A DNA stretch of 64,000 nt from Mobula hypostoma. Lineage: Eukaryota. Positions 11,409 through 24,796 of the stretch are shown here, piece after piece. The stretch covers positions 139,502,001 through 139,566,000 of the forward strand of contig NC_086097.1 in assembly GCF_963921235.1 (NCBI RefSeq), read 5' to 3'. The notes beneath the pieces are model-generated. The model was not told where the DNA came from and did no database searches. It worked only from the letters and a program-made list of their open reading frames with translations. Both the position numbers and the translations under genes were made by a program. The number at the start of each line of letters is the position of its first letter. Positions within the stretch are counted from its first letter, which is position 1.

Positions 11409-13499
11409 ATCGTTGGGTAAGGCACATTTTTGGTTACTGCAAAGCTTACCAATTGAAACTGAGTTAGAGTGAAAAAAAATCAATGTATATGGTTATAAGT
11501 GAGTTGCTTTGTATTTGCATTTTAATGATGGCATAGCTGTGAAAGAAATACTGGGATGATCTCAATGAGGCATCAGAAGACCTTACATGGATTTGGAAAC
11601 ATGTTCGTTACAGTTTTGCAGCACAAATCATAATAATGGAAGACAGACTATACTGTGTTTGTGAAGCAGAATTTCCAGCTCAAACATAATTCTCGTCCAA
11701 GCAGAATGCCAACTACTTAACATGGAACTGAAGTCAGATGGAGACCAGAAAGGGACAGTTCTCTGAATTAATCAAAATAATTATGCTGTCAATCATTCTC
11801 TCCCTCTTAGGCTTCATTATGCTATAAAGCCAAAAGAAGCATTTTTCCATTCCAAATTAATATACTATTAAATCACCCTCAAGTGCCAAAGTACTATGAT
11901 CATAATGGCACATGACGTGCATGGTTGCCAGCCTATATTTCTGGTAGTGGTCTCTGAAGACTCCACTGGCACAGAACTATATTATGTTTAAGTTTCATAT
12001 CAAATAAGTTCAATGTTACATCTAGCACTAGTGATGACTCACAAAAGCTGCTTAAATTGATTGTCATGGCCCTGCAGGCTAGTTCTAGTTGAAAACTCTA
12101 TATAAATTCTAATGGCTCAATACCTTGACCATGTTGCATTAGAGGAGAATGAAAATCAAGGTCCTGATTTAATCGTCATCTTGAACTGGAACTTAATGAA
12201 GCTTAAATTGCAATGAACTGTCATCAGAATTACTAGTTTTTAAAATGACAAACCTCCACTGCCACACTGCACTAATTTCCTTTCATCATATGGTGACATA
12301 TTTTAAAAGGATATAGAAATCTTAATTTCCACAAAGATGCACCTGCTCAACAGCTGGAGGTCGCAGTGCATTAAGATATGAATAACCGCAATGAGCCTGG
12401 AGGGCACTGCTGGATAAAATGGAAATGGTAGCTTTGTGAAAGCAGTTTTTGGTAAACAAACATACACACAGAAATGAACACGGTGCACACTCGGCAGGAG
12501 GGACTCATGTTTTAGGAAACAGGGAAGAACCATTAAGGGTAACTGCTTATAAATAAATCAGCCAGCCTTCATTATGAGGGCAGGACTATAGGACCTGATC
12601 AAAAAGACCCTGTTCATGAAACAGGATATATGCTGGTACACATATTTAGAAAATTATTACAATTGCAAGGCCTACCTGTAGAAGTATCTAAAAAGATTAT
12701 GGATCACTAATCCCAACAATTACTATAGGTAAAATGTTGGGCAGCACTGTAAATCATCAGCACACAAACATATCAGTGGCAAGAGGCAAGATCTTGTGAT
12801 CTTGAACATTTGTGGCCAAATTAACATGCTTTGATAAAGGGAAAACAACAGCAGCTATTGACATAGATTTCTCAGACAAGGTCACAGAATAGCATCAGAG
12901 TGGCAGGAACAGATTAATAGTTCGAACTCCAGCAAATAATATTCATCGAGATCAAATTGTTAAGTGACAAAGTGGCGAGTCTAACTTTCAGGGAATAAAA
13001 TAGGTCACAATACTGGGTGAAGAAATAATATTCAACAATGAGAATGCAAGTACAGTTTTAATTGTGAAGAAGAGTTTAAAGAGTCAATGTTGGGCATTAA
13101 GTAATTTTATATTCACCTGAACTTTGAGGGTGGAAATGGAATGTCAGTGAATGTCTGTGGCAAAGATTGTTAATTTGTTTCAGAGAAAAAAACTAGTCTT
13201 GGCCTAAAATGGGACTAAAGAGCTGAATTACATAAGTGAGATGAGAATGTTGGCTCTTGACAGCAAGGAACACCAGGTAAAACTGAAGTCAATGGGCCAA
13301 GAGATGGCATGCCAATGGATGGATTCCTAGTTCATACAAAGGATGCTGATCGTGCCTGAGGGGGATCAATTATGCATCCTGCAACACTTTTTCACGGCAG
13401 TGTCCCAATCCAACCATCTTCACCAATGGCCCTCCTTTTCCATAAGGTCAGAAGTGGGGGATTCACTGATGATTACACAATGTTCAAATCTATTCACAT

Positions 13500-13990
13500 T
13501 TCAACAGCATCATGGTTACCATGGTAACTACTCTGCCCAAGACCGCAAGAAACTGCAGAGAATTGTTGTCGCAGCTCAGCACATCATGGATGCCAGCCTC
13601 CCCTGCATGCACTGTCTACGCTTCTCACTGCTTCATTAAAGCAGCCAACATAATCAATGACCCCTTCCTATTAGGCAGAAGATACAAAACCCTAATACAG
13701 CACATACCACTGGGCTGAAGGACTTCTATCATGTTGTTGTATGACTATTGAAAAGTCCCCCAAGTTTAATAAAAATAGACCCTGGACCTCACAATCTACC
13801 TCATTACAGTCTTGTACCTTGTTGTCTATCTGCACTGCACTTTCTTGTAACTGTAGCATTTTATTTTGCATTCAAGCTGTTGCTTTTCCTCTTTACTACC
13901 TCAATGTACTATTGTAAAGAAATGATCTGCATGGATGACATGCAAAGATTTTCACTGTTCCTTGGTACATGTTACAATAATAAACTAATT
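13500..13990 (+). mobile_element. Rex1/Babar LINE 3' fragment
   Basis: ORF 13343..13639 tail (GNYSAQDRKKLQRIV..AQHI...LP) matches the Rex1-type RT C-terminus seen at 26.4 kb. Confidence 0.7.
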
Positions 13991-14383
13991 TACGAAAAAA
14001 TTCCAAAATGCATGCATGTCCACAAGCAACAGGACTTAGACAACATTCAGACACGTGCTGAGGTAAGTGCAAGTAACACCAATGCCACAAAATTGCTGGC
14101 AATTGCAAATTCCAAATAAGAATAATCAATAACTCTTGGCATTTAACAGCATTACCATTGCTGAACACCAAGATTCAACATCTTCGGGGTCACCGCTGAT
14201 CAGAGACTTGACTAAATCATCAGTGTAAATATTGAGACTGGATAGCCCATGGTTAATAGCTCACCTTTAGACAATATACAAGGCTTTTTACCATCCAAAA
14301 CCATGGAATGCTCTGTACCACTAAACTTGGGGAATGTCATGCTAATTCTCATGAAATAGGCATCATTAGTGACAAAGCAGTCT

Positions 14384-14603
14384 CGTCGTCGTCTTGGCTA
14401 TCTCTTGAGGTCGAGGATGATGGTCTTCGTTCCGTTGATCTACTTATGGGCTCTCAGAAGACTTGAAGTGGCCCACAGAGCGAAGACGCCTGTGCATGTA
14501 TTTGTTTAACGTGTACTTGATTTTGCAATCCAAGAAGCGCATGATACTTCACAAATCAACCAACTGATTCCAATGGCATGGAAACCACAACGACCGTCAA
14601 GTA
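14384..14603 (-). mobile_element. RTE-type short retroposon with perfect 13-bp TSD
   Basis: GACAAAGCAGTCT at 14371-14383 and 14604-14616; minus strand ends ...GATAGCCAAGACGACGACG (short-repeat tail). Confidence 0.75.
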
Positions 14604-14679
14604 GACAAAGCAGTCTACTTGATTGGGAAACAACCACCATCCTCAAACTTTTGAGTCACAGAACGTTGAATCTTTGCGC

Positions 14680-17270
14680 ATGGAGTTAAGAAACTGCAAG
14701 GGTAAAAAAGCCATTATGGGAATCATGTATAGTCATAGTCATACTTTATTGATCCCGGGGGAAATTGGTTAGGTCTCCAAATAGTAGCCAAGATTTGGGG
14801 TTGAGATTGCAAAGGAAGCCGAGAAATCCATGTATTAAGGGTAATGCTACAATTGCAATGGGGTACTTCAAGTTGATGTAGGATCACAAGAGACAGAATT
14901 TTTTGAATGCCTACGAGGTGGCTCTTTAGACCAGCTTATGCTCGAGCATACCTGAGGAAAGGCTATCTCAGACAGGTTGTGTGTAATAACCCAGATCTTA
15001 TTAGGGAGTTTAATGTAAAGGAACCCTTAGGAGTCAGTGATCATAATATGACTGAATTCATACTGCAGTTTGAGAGAGAGAAGCATAAGTTACATGTATC
15101 AGTATCACAATGGAATAAAGGGAATTTCAGAGGCACAAGTGGATTGGAGGAGGATACTGGTGGGGATGACTTCAGAGCAGGGATGGCTGAAGTTTCTGGG
15201 AATGCTCACAAGGCACAGGATAGATAGATCCCACAGAAGTTGTTCTCAAATGGCAGAGGTAGGCAACCATGGCTGACAAGGGAATTTTAGGACTACATAA
15301 AAGCCAAGGAAAAGACATAAGGTAGCAAAAATGAGTGGGAAGTTGGATGATTGGGATGCTTTAAAATCCACCCAAACAGCAACTGAAAACGCTGTTAGAT
15401 GAAATATGAGGGCAAACAATCGAATAATATACAGCAGGATATGAAAAGTTTTTTCAGTTATATAAAGAGTAAAAGGGAGGCGAGAGTTGATATTGGACCA
15501 CTGGAAAATGATGCTGGTGAGATAGTAATGAGAGACAAAGAAATGGGAAATGAACAAAATGATACTTTGCATCAGTCTTCACTGTGGAAGACACTAGCAG
15601 TATGCCAGAGGTCTGTGAGTGTCAGGGAGCAGGAGTGAGTGCCATTGCCATTACAAAGGAAAAGGTGCTAGGCAAACTCAAAGGTCTTAAGGTGGATAAG
15701 TCACCTGAACCAGATGGACTACATCTCAGAGTCCTGAGAAAGGTTGCTGAAGAGATAACAGATGCATTGGTCTTAATCTTTCAAGAATCACCTGATTCTG
15801 GCATGGTCCTGGAGGACTGAAAGATTGGAAATGTCAATCCACTCTTTAAGAAGGGAGGAAGGCAAAAGAAAGGACATTATAGGCCAGTTGGTCTAACCTC
15901 AGTGGTTGGGAAAGTGCTGGAGTCTATTATTAAGGGTGAGGTTTCGAGGTATTTGGAGACCAATGATAAAACAAGTCCAAGTCAGCATGGTCTCTTTAAA
16001 GGGAAATTTTGCCTGACAAGTCTGTTAGAGTTCTTTGAGGAAATGACAAACAGGGTGGACAAAGGAGAGGCAGTGGATGTCATTTACCTTGATTTTCAGA
16101 AGGCATTTGATAAGGTGCCACACAAGACATTGCTTAACAAGACAAAATCCTACAGCATGACAGGAAATATACAGGCATGGATAGTGGAATGGCTGACAGA
16201 CAGGAGTCAGTGGGTGGCAATAAAGGGGAACTTTTCTGTTTGGCTGCTAGTGACTGGTGGGCTCCTGAGGTGTCAGTATTGGTACTGCGACTTTTCACAT
16301 TGTTTGTCAATGATTTGGATAATGGATTTGATGGCTTTGTGACAAAGTTTGCAGATGATACAAAAATAGACGGAGGGGTGGGTAGTGCTGAGGAAGCAAT
16401 GTGATTGCAGCAGGATATAGACAAATTGGAAGAATGGGCAAAAAAGTGGCGGATGGAATACAGTATTGGGAAATGTATGATGATGGGTTTTGGTAAAAGC
16501 AACAATAGTGCAAACTATTATCTAAATGTAGAGAAGGTTCAAACATCGGGGTGCAGAGAGACTTACGGAGTCCTCGTGCAAGACTCTCAGCAGGTTAATT
16601 TAAAGGTTGAGTGTAGTGAAGCAGGCAAATGCAATGTAGACATTAATTTCAAGAGGAATAGAATATAAAAGCAAGAGTATAATACTGAAGCTTTGTAAGA
16701 CATTGGTGAGGCCGCACTATTGGGCTCCATATCTCAGAAAGGATGTTTTGTCATTGGAGAGAGTCGAGATGAGGTTCATGAGTATGATTCCAGAAATGAA
16801 GGGGTTAACATATGAGAAGCGTTTGACAGCTTTGGGCCTCTACTCACAGGAATTTAGAAGAATGCAGGGGGAACTCACTGAAACCTACCGAATGTTGAAA
16901 GGACTAGATACAGTGGATGTGGAGAGGATGTTTCCTATGGTGGAGAGGATGCTTCCTGTGGTGGGGGTGTCCAGAACTTGAGGGCACAGCCTCAAAATTG
17001 AGGGACAACCTTTTAGAATGGAAGTAAGGAGGAAATGTTTTACCCAGAGAGTGGAGAATCTGTGGAATGCTCTACCACAAACTGCAGTGGAGGACAAGTC
17101 CATGGGTATATTTAAGGCAGAAGTTGATAGCTTCCTGATCAGTCAGATCATCAAAGGATATGGCAAGAAGGCAGGCGTATGGGGTTGAGTGGAATCCAGG
17201 TTCAGCCATGATGGAATGGCAGAGCAGACTCGATGGACTGAATGGCCTAATTCTGCTCCTATGTCTTAGA
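14680..17270 (+). mobile_element. CR1-clade LINE ORF2 (endonuclease end plus RT) and 3' UTR, frameshifted
   Basis: ORFs with EPLGVSDHN, YLDFQKAFDKVPH, KFADDTKI and VRPH; ends ...GGCCTAATTCTGCTCCTATGTCTTAG. Confidence 0.93.
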
Positions 17271-17795
17271 GTTAAAAAGCATAGTCCTTTTGGCCCAACT
17301 TGTCCAATTTAGCCCATATCCGCCTGTCTTTCCTATCCATTACCTGTATAAGCAAGTTTTACTGGGTTAATCCTGTGATGAAGGGGTTAATGTACAAAAA
17401 AAGAATGCGCAGGTTTGGTTGAAATTTTTGGATTTGAGAAAAATGAGGAGTAATTTTGTTTGGGTGGGTAGGGGGGTATTGGTTGAAATGTTGTTCCTCC
17501 TGGTGAGGCATCTAGAATAAAGCATAGTTTCAGAATAAGGTATTGTCCATTTCAGATGAGGAATCTCACAGGCAATCAAATCTTTGGAATTCACTTTGCA
17601 AACTGAGGAAGTCAATGGGTACGGGGAGTAACTGGGAGGGTGATGATGAGGTCAAGATTAGATTGGCTGCAATCTCATAAAATAGCAGGGAAATTGAGGG
17701 GCTGACTGGCCTAATCCTGTTGATCATAATCTGGTGAGATTTCAGACATTTGCAACAAATGAGGAAAACTAAAAACAAACTGCCCTAATTTTAAA

Positions 17796-18018
17796 AGCAA
17801 CACACATCAAAGTTGCTGGTGAACGCAGCTGGCCAGGCAGCATCTCTAGGAAGAGCTACAGTGTCGTTTCCAGCCGAGACCCTTCGTCAGGACTGATAAA
17901 GGGTCTCAGCCCGAAACGTGACTGTAGCTCTTCCGAGAGATGCTGCCTGGCCTGCTGCGTTCACCAGCAACTTTGATGTGTGTTGCTTGCATTTCCAGCA
18001 TCTGCAGAATTCATGTTA
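17796..18018. mobile_element. Palindromic (inverted-dimer) Penelope-derived mini-element with a hammerhead-like motif on each strand, about 10-bp TSD
   Basis: Arms about 17795-17890 and 17893-17988 are reverse complements; TAATTTTAAA at 17786-17795 and 18019-18028. Confidence 0.85.
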
Positions 18019-18528
18019 TAATTTTAAAGCAATTGAGATCAGCCAAAAAAAAAATTGAACGATTTAGACACGAACTGGGTGTTTCATTGCTAGAACTCTA
18101 GGGAAAACCAAATGAACAGAAACCATCTTTTCAAATTATACACACTTATGATCCAACAAAAATACAAGTGATGCATGGATTATGGTTTTGTCATCATCTA
18201 CGCAGGTTAAAGAAAGGAGAAATACTGAGATGCACTTGAAGGAGAGTTAATTTCTGTCACTGTAAATGTAGCACTTGCTTCACCGGTGGGTTACAACTAA
18301 TCTCTAAATCTTTACACAGAATTGTTTATTACTACAGCCATCAAAAATCCAAATCCAAATGTATATCCAAAATTTGTGCACTTTTAACATTATCTTTTTG
18401 GAGAAAAGCACAAGGAAATTTTAGTGCCACATTAGAATCCTTTTTAAGTAATAGTTTTGCATGAGAATATTGTATCAGCAGGTTCCAGGTGCCAATAAGT
18501 ACTGATAACTATTATACTTGAATCTCAC

Positions 18529-18580
18529 CTGATCAGCATGTTTCGTAGGATTGTGAAGTCACAGTGCTCACTATTTTCAA
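18529..18580 (-). CDS. SEPTIN7: SEPTIN7 coding exon (52 nt): (V)ENSEHCDFTILRNMLI(R)
   Basis: Minus strand CAG|TTGAAAAT...GATCAG|GTGAG; septin unique element HCDF motif. Confidence 0.96.
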
Positions 18581-20174
18581 CTGCAAGAGAAAAACATGTT
18601 TTAGAAGGTAAATACTGTACAGTCAGAAAGATATGCATTAACATAATGCCTTCCATTACTTCTTGACACTAAGTATGCTAAGCCAGAAAGAACAGCAGTC
18701 AATGTCCACACAGTGAGCTCCCACATGTAGCATCTATGGTCAGGTAGTCTGCTTTAGGTACGTCGGCTGAGATCCATGGATTGATGCAATTTATTGTGCA
18801 GGTGGTGCCAAGTGATTTTCTTCAGCCATCTGTGAAATCAAGGTCTTGTTTAATAGTTTACCAAAATATAAAGCCTCTTAATTATTACAACCATGGTCAT
18901 GCTCGGATATGTATGTTTAAATCCCTGGAAAGGAATTCTCCCCATAATTTTCAGGCTGGAGATTAAAGCTGCACAAGTACAAGTACATTTCGGCAAACAC
19001 CTGTAAATACAGACCAAAATTAGCCATTGGCCTTGTGCAAATAAGTGGACCTAAATGGGATATTAAAGAAAATTCAGCAAAAGAAACTAAAATGGTTCTT
19101 GCATAAGTGGTGTGCTTGAAATGATACACATTGCCTGAGAGACCCAGGCTGCTCCACGCTGAAATTTAACTAGGCTTGCAGCAGATGGAGGCTTCAAGGT
19201 TCAGCTTTTAACATTTTATTGAACTGATGTAGTTCAGAGAAGTAGGCCTTTCAGTCCCTCACGCCAACTGGAAAAAGTACTGATACCTATTTTACCTTCT
19301 TTTGAACAATGCACCATAGCAACAGGACACATGAAACATTGGTCCAAGCACTATGAATCATTTACATTTGTCAATGCAAATCTGACTCAACATAACACAT
19401 TTGATTACCAAAACAAATGAAAGGAGATCCAGAACAGAACCTGAACAAGCCCTCTCTCCACAGATGTGGCCTAACTGCCAAGTATTAGCAGCAATTTCTG
19501 CTTTAATCAAAATAGCTTTTTACTTATCAAACAGAAATGTAGCTATTAAAACCCTGCGTGATTAGCTTGCTAGGCACAATTTATGACAGAAATAATATCA
19601 ATACAAGTTATCAAAAAGGAATTGTGAAATATTTTTTCCACAGAAATAACATAAGAACAAGCAGAAATCCAAGGTCAGCCACTGAACAATTGTAAGATAA
19701 ATAAAAAATTTAGATCAATGATCAATAAATGCATCAGCTCATGCCCTGCACCTGTTCAGTCTTTTGCCTTTACAAAACCACAATTAATTCAGTTCCTGCT
19801 GGGTGCAGACCGCAAAACAGAACATCCACAAGCCCAGCCTACGCTGTCCATATCACTCTGAAGGCTGATGATGTGAATAATGAAAACGCAGCTAAAACAG
19901 TAGGCTTGCAGAAGAGTTGAGTTTTCCTTCACAAGGAGTACCTCCACCTTCTCAAATATCTATAAAGCATAGCACAATTCCCCACTGCCTTTTTCAACTA
20001 TCACTGCACTGTTTCTGAAGCTCCTAATCCTGGACACAATGACATTTTATGGCACCCTTCCCAAACTGTCACTGAACTCCAAACCTGCAAACATGGCAGA
20101 ACAAGATCAAAGAGCACTCTGAGGACTTGAATCGCTCTTGATCTTTACTGAGAAAAAAGACAATTATGTTGGTA

Positions 20175-21915
20175 TTATTTATTTCTGAGGTGCAGAACGG
20201 AATCAGTCCTTCCAATCCTTGCAGCCACACCACCGAGCAACCCACAGATTTAACCTTACCTTAATCATGGAACAATTTACTATGACCGATTAACCATAAG
20301 ACCGTAAGACAAAGGAGCAGAAGTAGGCCATTCAGCCCATCGAGTCTGCTCCCCCATTTTATCATGAGCTGATCCATTCTCCTATTTAGTCCCACTCCCC
20401 CGCCTTCTCACCATAACCTTTGATGCCCTGGCTACTCAGATACCTATCAATCTCTGCCTTAAATACACCTAATGACCTGGCCTCCACTGCTGCCCGTGGC
20501 AACAAATTCCACAGATTCACCACTCTCTGACTAAAAAAATTTCTTCACATTTCTGTTCTGAAAGGGCGCCCTTCAATCCTTAAGTCATGTCCTCTTGTAC
20601 TAGACTCCCCCGTCATGGGCAACAACTTTGCCACATCCACTCTGTCCATGCCTTTTAACATTCGAAATGTTTCTATGAGGTCTCCCCTCATTCTTCTAAA
20701 CTCCAAGGAATACAGTCCAAGAGCAGACAAACGTTCCTCATATGTTAACCCTCTCATTCCCAGAATCATTCTAGTAAATCTTCTCTGTACCCTCTCCAAC
20801 GTCAGCACATCCTTTCTTAAATAAGGAGACCAAAACTGCCCACAGTACTCCAAGTGAGGTCTCACCAGCACCTTACAGAGCCTCAACATCACATCCCTGC
20901 TCCTGTACTCTATTCCTCTAGAAATGAATGCCAACATTGCATTCGCCTTCTTCACTACTGACTCAACCTGGAGGTTAACTTTAAGGGTATCCTGTACGAG
21001 GACTCCCAAGTCCTGTTGCATCTCAGAACTTTGAATTCTTTCCCCATTTAAATAATAGTCTGCCCATTCATTTTTTCTGCCAAAGTGCATAACCATACAC
21101 TTTCCAACATTGTACTTCATTTGCCACTTCTCTGCCCATTCTTCCAATCTATCCAAGTCTCTCTGCAGACTCTCCGTTTCCTCAGCACTACCGGCCCCTC
21201 CACCTATCTTTGTATCGTCAGCAAACTTAGCCACAAAGCCATCTATTCCATAATCCAATCGTTGATGTACAATGTAAAAAGAAGCGGCCCCAACACTGAT
21301 CCCTGTGGAACACCACTGATAACCGGCAGCCAACCAGAATAGGATCCCTTTATTCCCACTCTCTGTTTCGTGCCAGATCAGCCAACACTCTATCCACGTA
21401 TGTAACTTTTCCGTAATTCCATGGGCTCTTATCTTGTTAAGTAGCCTCGTGTGGCACCTTGTCAAAGGCCTTCTGAAAACCCAAATATACAACATCCACT
21501 GCATCTCCCTTGTCTAGCCTACTGGTAATTTTCTCAAAAAATTGTAATAGGTTTGTCAGGCAGGATTTTCCTTTAAGGAATCCATGCTGAGTTCTGCCTA
21601 TCTTGTCATATGCCTCCAGGTACTCTGTAACCTCATCCTAACAATCGACTCCAACAACTTCCCAACCACCGACGTCAAGCTAACAGGTCTATAATTTCCT
21701 TTTTGCTTCCTTGCCCCCTTCTTAAATAGTGGAGTGACATTTGCAATCTTCCAACCTACCAACTGGCCACATCTTCGGGCTATGGGAAGAAACTGGACCA
21801 TCTGGAGGAAACCCATGCAAACACAGAGAGGAACTTGCTCACAGGATCTCAGAATTAAACTCCAACTAACTGAGCTCTATTAGCATCGCACTAACTGCTA
21901 TGGTGGCACACCAAT
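20175..21915 (-). mobile_element. V-SINE (HE1-like) split by a young CR1 LINE at about 20295-21755
   Basis: ORF 20545..21504 enters the RT frame at about LDYGIDGFVAKFADDTKI and stays open for over 200 codons; SINE halves lie at about 20175-20297 and 21755-21915. Confidence 0.9.
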
Positions 21916-21979
21916 TTGTGATCACCAAGTTTGCTGCAATTTATAATAGAACTTTAAAATTGATGCATTGAGAAACAAG

Positions 21980-23020
21980 ATGTTACCAGGATTGGAGGTC
22001 CTGTGTTATGAGAAACTAGATAAGCTGGGGTGAGGAGTGAACATTTATTTTATTTAGAGATATAGCGCAGAATAGGCCCCTCTAGCTTGTCGAGCCACAC
22101 CACCCAGCAACCCCCAATTTAACCCTCGCTGAATCACAGGACAATTTACAATGACTAATTAACCTACTAAACGATACATCTTTGGACTGTGGTAGGAAAC
22201 TGGAGGAAACCCACACAGTCATGGGGAGAACATACAAACTCCTTATAGATGGCACTGGAAATGAACTCCAAACTATGATGCCCTGATCTATTCTACACAC
22301 TATCTTACCATGGCATTATAGGACATTTATCCAAGCAGGAAGGGCATAGGTAAGGTGAATGGTCCTGATCTTTCTCCCCAGGGTAGGAGAATTGCAAGCT
22401 GGAGTGTATAAATATAAAATGAAAGGGTTAGGATTTAAAAGACACATCAGGGGGAAATTTTCCACACAGAGGGTGGTAGTCAATGTTCCCTCTAATTTGG
22501 AATGACCGAAATGCGCGAAAATCTTGCGCTGTGCAAATTTTTGCTCAGTGACAACAACATGTGTACTGAATAAATTCTTCAATAAAAACAGTACAAATAA
22601 ACCAATTTTAAAATCTGCAGACAAATCATCAAAGACTCCATGAAGTCAACACCACCACATCAGAAACTGGAAAAGGAAATGTGATTGTGTACGATCATAA
22701 AATATACTTAACATGCCAACGACGTAGAGGGTGACAACCATTTGCACGCAGTTTAAATTCCTTTGTGCAATGGCAGCAAAAGACGACCACGCGCATAAAC
22801 GCACACCTTACGAGGGAACATTGGTGGTGGTTATCTGGAATGAGCTGCCAGACGAAGTAGTAGATCTGGGTACAATTACAACATCTAAGAGACATTTAAG
22901 TGTCCATCTATTTACATGGATATAAATGGTTCCGAGGCAAATGGCTCTAGCATAGGAGACAACATGGTTAGCATGGGTGAATTGGCCAAATGACCTGCTT
23001 CCTTGCCGTGCAACTATTAC
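21980..23020 (+). mobile_element. CR1 3' fragment hosting a minus-strand V-SINE (about 22043-22315) and a hAT MITE
   Basis: CR1 tail motifs (TTTCCACACAGAGGGTGGT...TGGAATGAGCTGCCAG) continue across both insertions. Confidence 0.65.
22481..22823. mobile_element. hAT-type MITE
   Basis: 12-bp TIR CAATGTTCCCTC/GAGGGAACATTG; 8-bp TSD GTGGTAGT/GTGGTGGT. Confidence 0.85.
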
Positions 23021-23285
23021 TGCACAGTAGCATAGTAATTATCGCAACGTTTTACAGCACAGGCAACCTAGGTTCAGTCCCTGCAATTGCCAGTAAGGAG
23101 TTTATACGTTCTCCCCATGACTGCGTGGGTTTCCTTCCACATTCCAGAGGCGTACTGGTTTGCAGGTTAATTGATCATTATAAATTGTGTCGTGATTAGG
23201 CTGAGATTAAATCAAGGGATTGCTGGGCGCCGTGTCTTGAAGGTCTGAAAGGGCCTATCCTGCACTGTATCTCCATAAACAAACA
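23020..23285 (+). mobile_element. tRNA-derived V-SINE (HE1-like)
   Basis: B-box-like GGTTCAGTCCC; V-domain GTTCTCCCCATGACTGCGTGGGTTTCC; AT-rich tail. Confidence 0.75.
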
Positions 23286-24796
23286 CATTGGGAGGTCATT
23301 GGATATATTACCAGCAAATGAGGACAGGGACTTGGGTCAATCTTTCTCCCTAAGGTTTATACACCTGCATTCCTTCTCATGGATGAGATCAATGATCATC
23401 AATATACAAGGATAAACTTGCTTTAGAACAGATTCAGAATTCAATTGGGCACGTTTACTTAACAACATTAATCAAGAACAATGCATATCAGCATCTAGCA
23501 ATAAGTGGAAGAGTTTAACCCACAGACTCACAAACTATCTTTAAAACAGATTTATACCACAATCAACTATATTTCAAAATTTATATCCACCATGCTTTTA
23601 GATGCCTTATGAAAGTGAATGATTACATGTTTGGATAAAGGATCATATGCGAAAATCAAGTGTGATCATTCCAGCTTTCCAGCAGACTTAAGATTCCCAG
23701 CTCATGATTACTAACAGCAGTCTGATCACTTCTCCATCTACCATTAGTCCTTTCAGTTAGCCACTGCTAACAGCAGGAAGCAGTAGCCATCAGCCGCTCA
23801 CTGACACACAATTTCACCACAACCTACAAATAAAATACAATCTTCCAATCTCATTTCTCCACTGCGGTAGCTGTTTCTTCACTAAAGCCAAGGCATTCAT
23901 TTGCCTGACAGAACATTTCAAAGACTGTTAGTAATGCCTGGAAATAATGTTCTTTTCGCCACTACATTCAACTTTTATGTGCAGAGGGACTTTTATGTGA
24001 ATGAAGATTCTTTACATTAAGCCAAAAAGATATGGGTTCTTTCCCAGCCTTCCATCTTAGCAGAATAACAGAATGCAATAACCATGAAACTAGACAACTT
24101 ATATAATGATAAATTAAAGATACAAATTTAAATTCAAGTCGTTGCATCTGAGCAAACATTTAGTTATATGAAAAGGAAACTGACAGGTCAGAATTTCCGC
24201 TATTGTAAGATAAAGTCACAAGCAAGCTTCTTCCAGAGTGTGCCTTCAAACTGAGCACAAGGCTAACCTATGTGTCATATACGCCCCCAATTATTTAACA
24301 CACACACACACTTTGGTATCAATATGGAGCTTTATCAATTGAAATGGCTTCTTTCATTTCCTGTTGCAGTTAGTTTAGTTCATTTGCTGCACTTCATGCA
24401 AATTAATAAACTAAATTAACATTACCAAATTATTTGCAAGTAGTTCCATCGAAACATCAGATATAATGTATTTCTTCACCTCCAGAAATCCACTAGTAAC
24501 ACAAAACACCAAGCAGGTATATTAGACCTGCAATGTTTTAGCAGAATGAAAATAGGCCCAATTAAAGTATTAGAGATTTCTATTAAGATGGGAACTGTTA
24601 GAAAATTTGATTTGAACATCACTACACTTTTGATAGCTGTACCCTTGGATCACTACACTGTAAAACTACCCGAAAAAGAAATTTTTCAAACTGAAGCATC
24701 AAGAATAAAAGAGCAGCATGGAGAAATGGTTCCAGTAAGTCATCAAACTGGATATTGATACCCAGAATTATAGCCAACAGAACACTTAGAACATCA

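Noticed and set aside
20545..21504. 319-aa ORF as a host or domesticated gene
   Set aside because: The first 80 or so residues are out-of-frame CR1 sequence and the rest is CR1 RT C-terminus in a 5'-truncated copy that ends prematurely.
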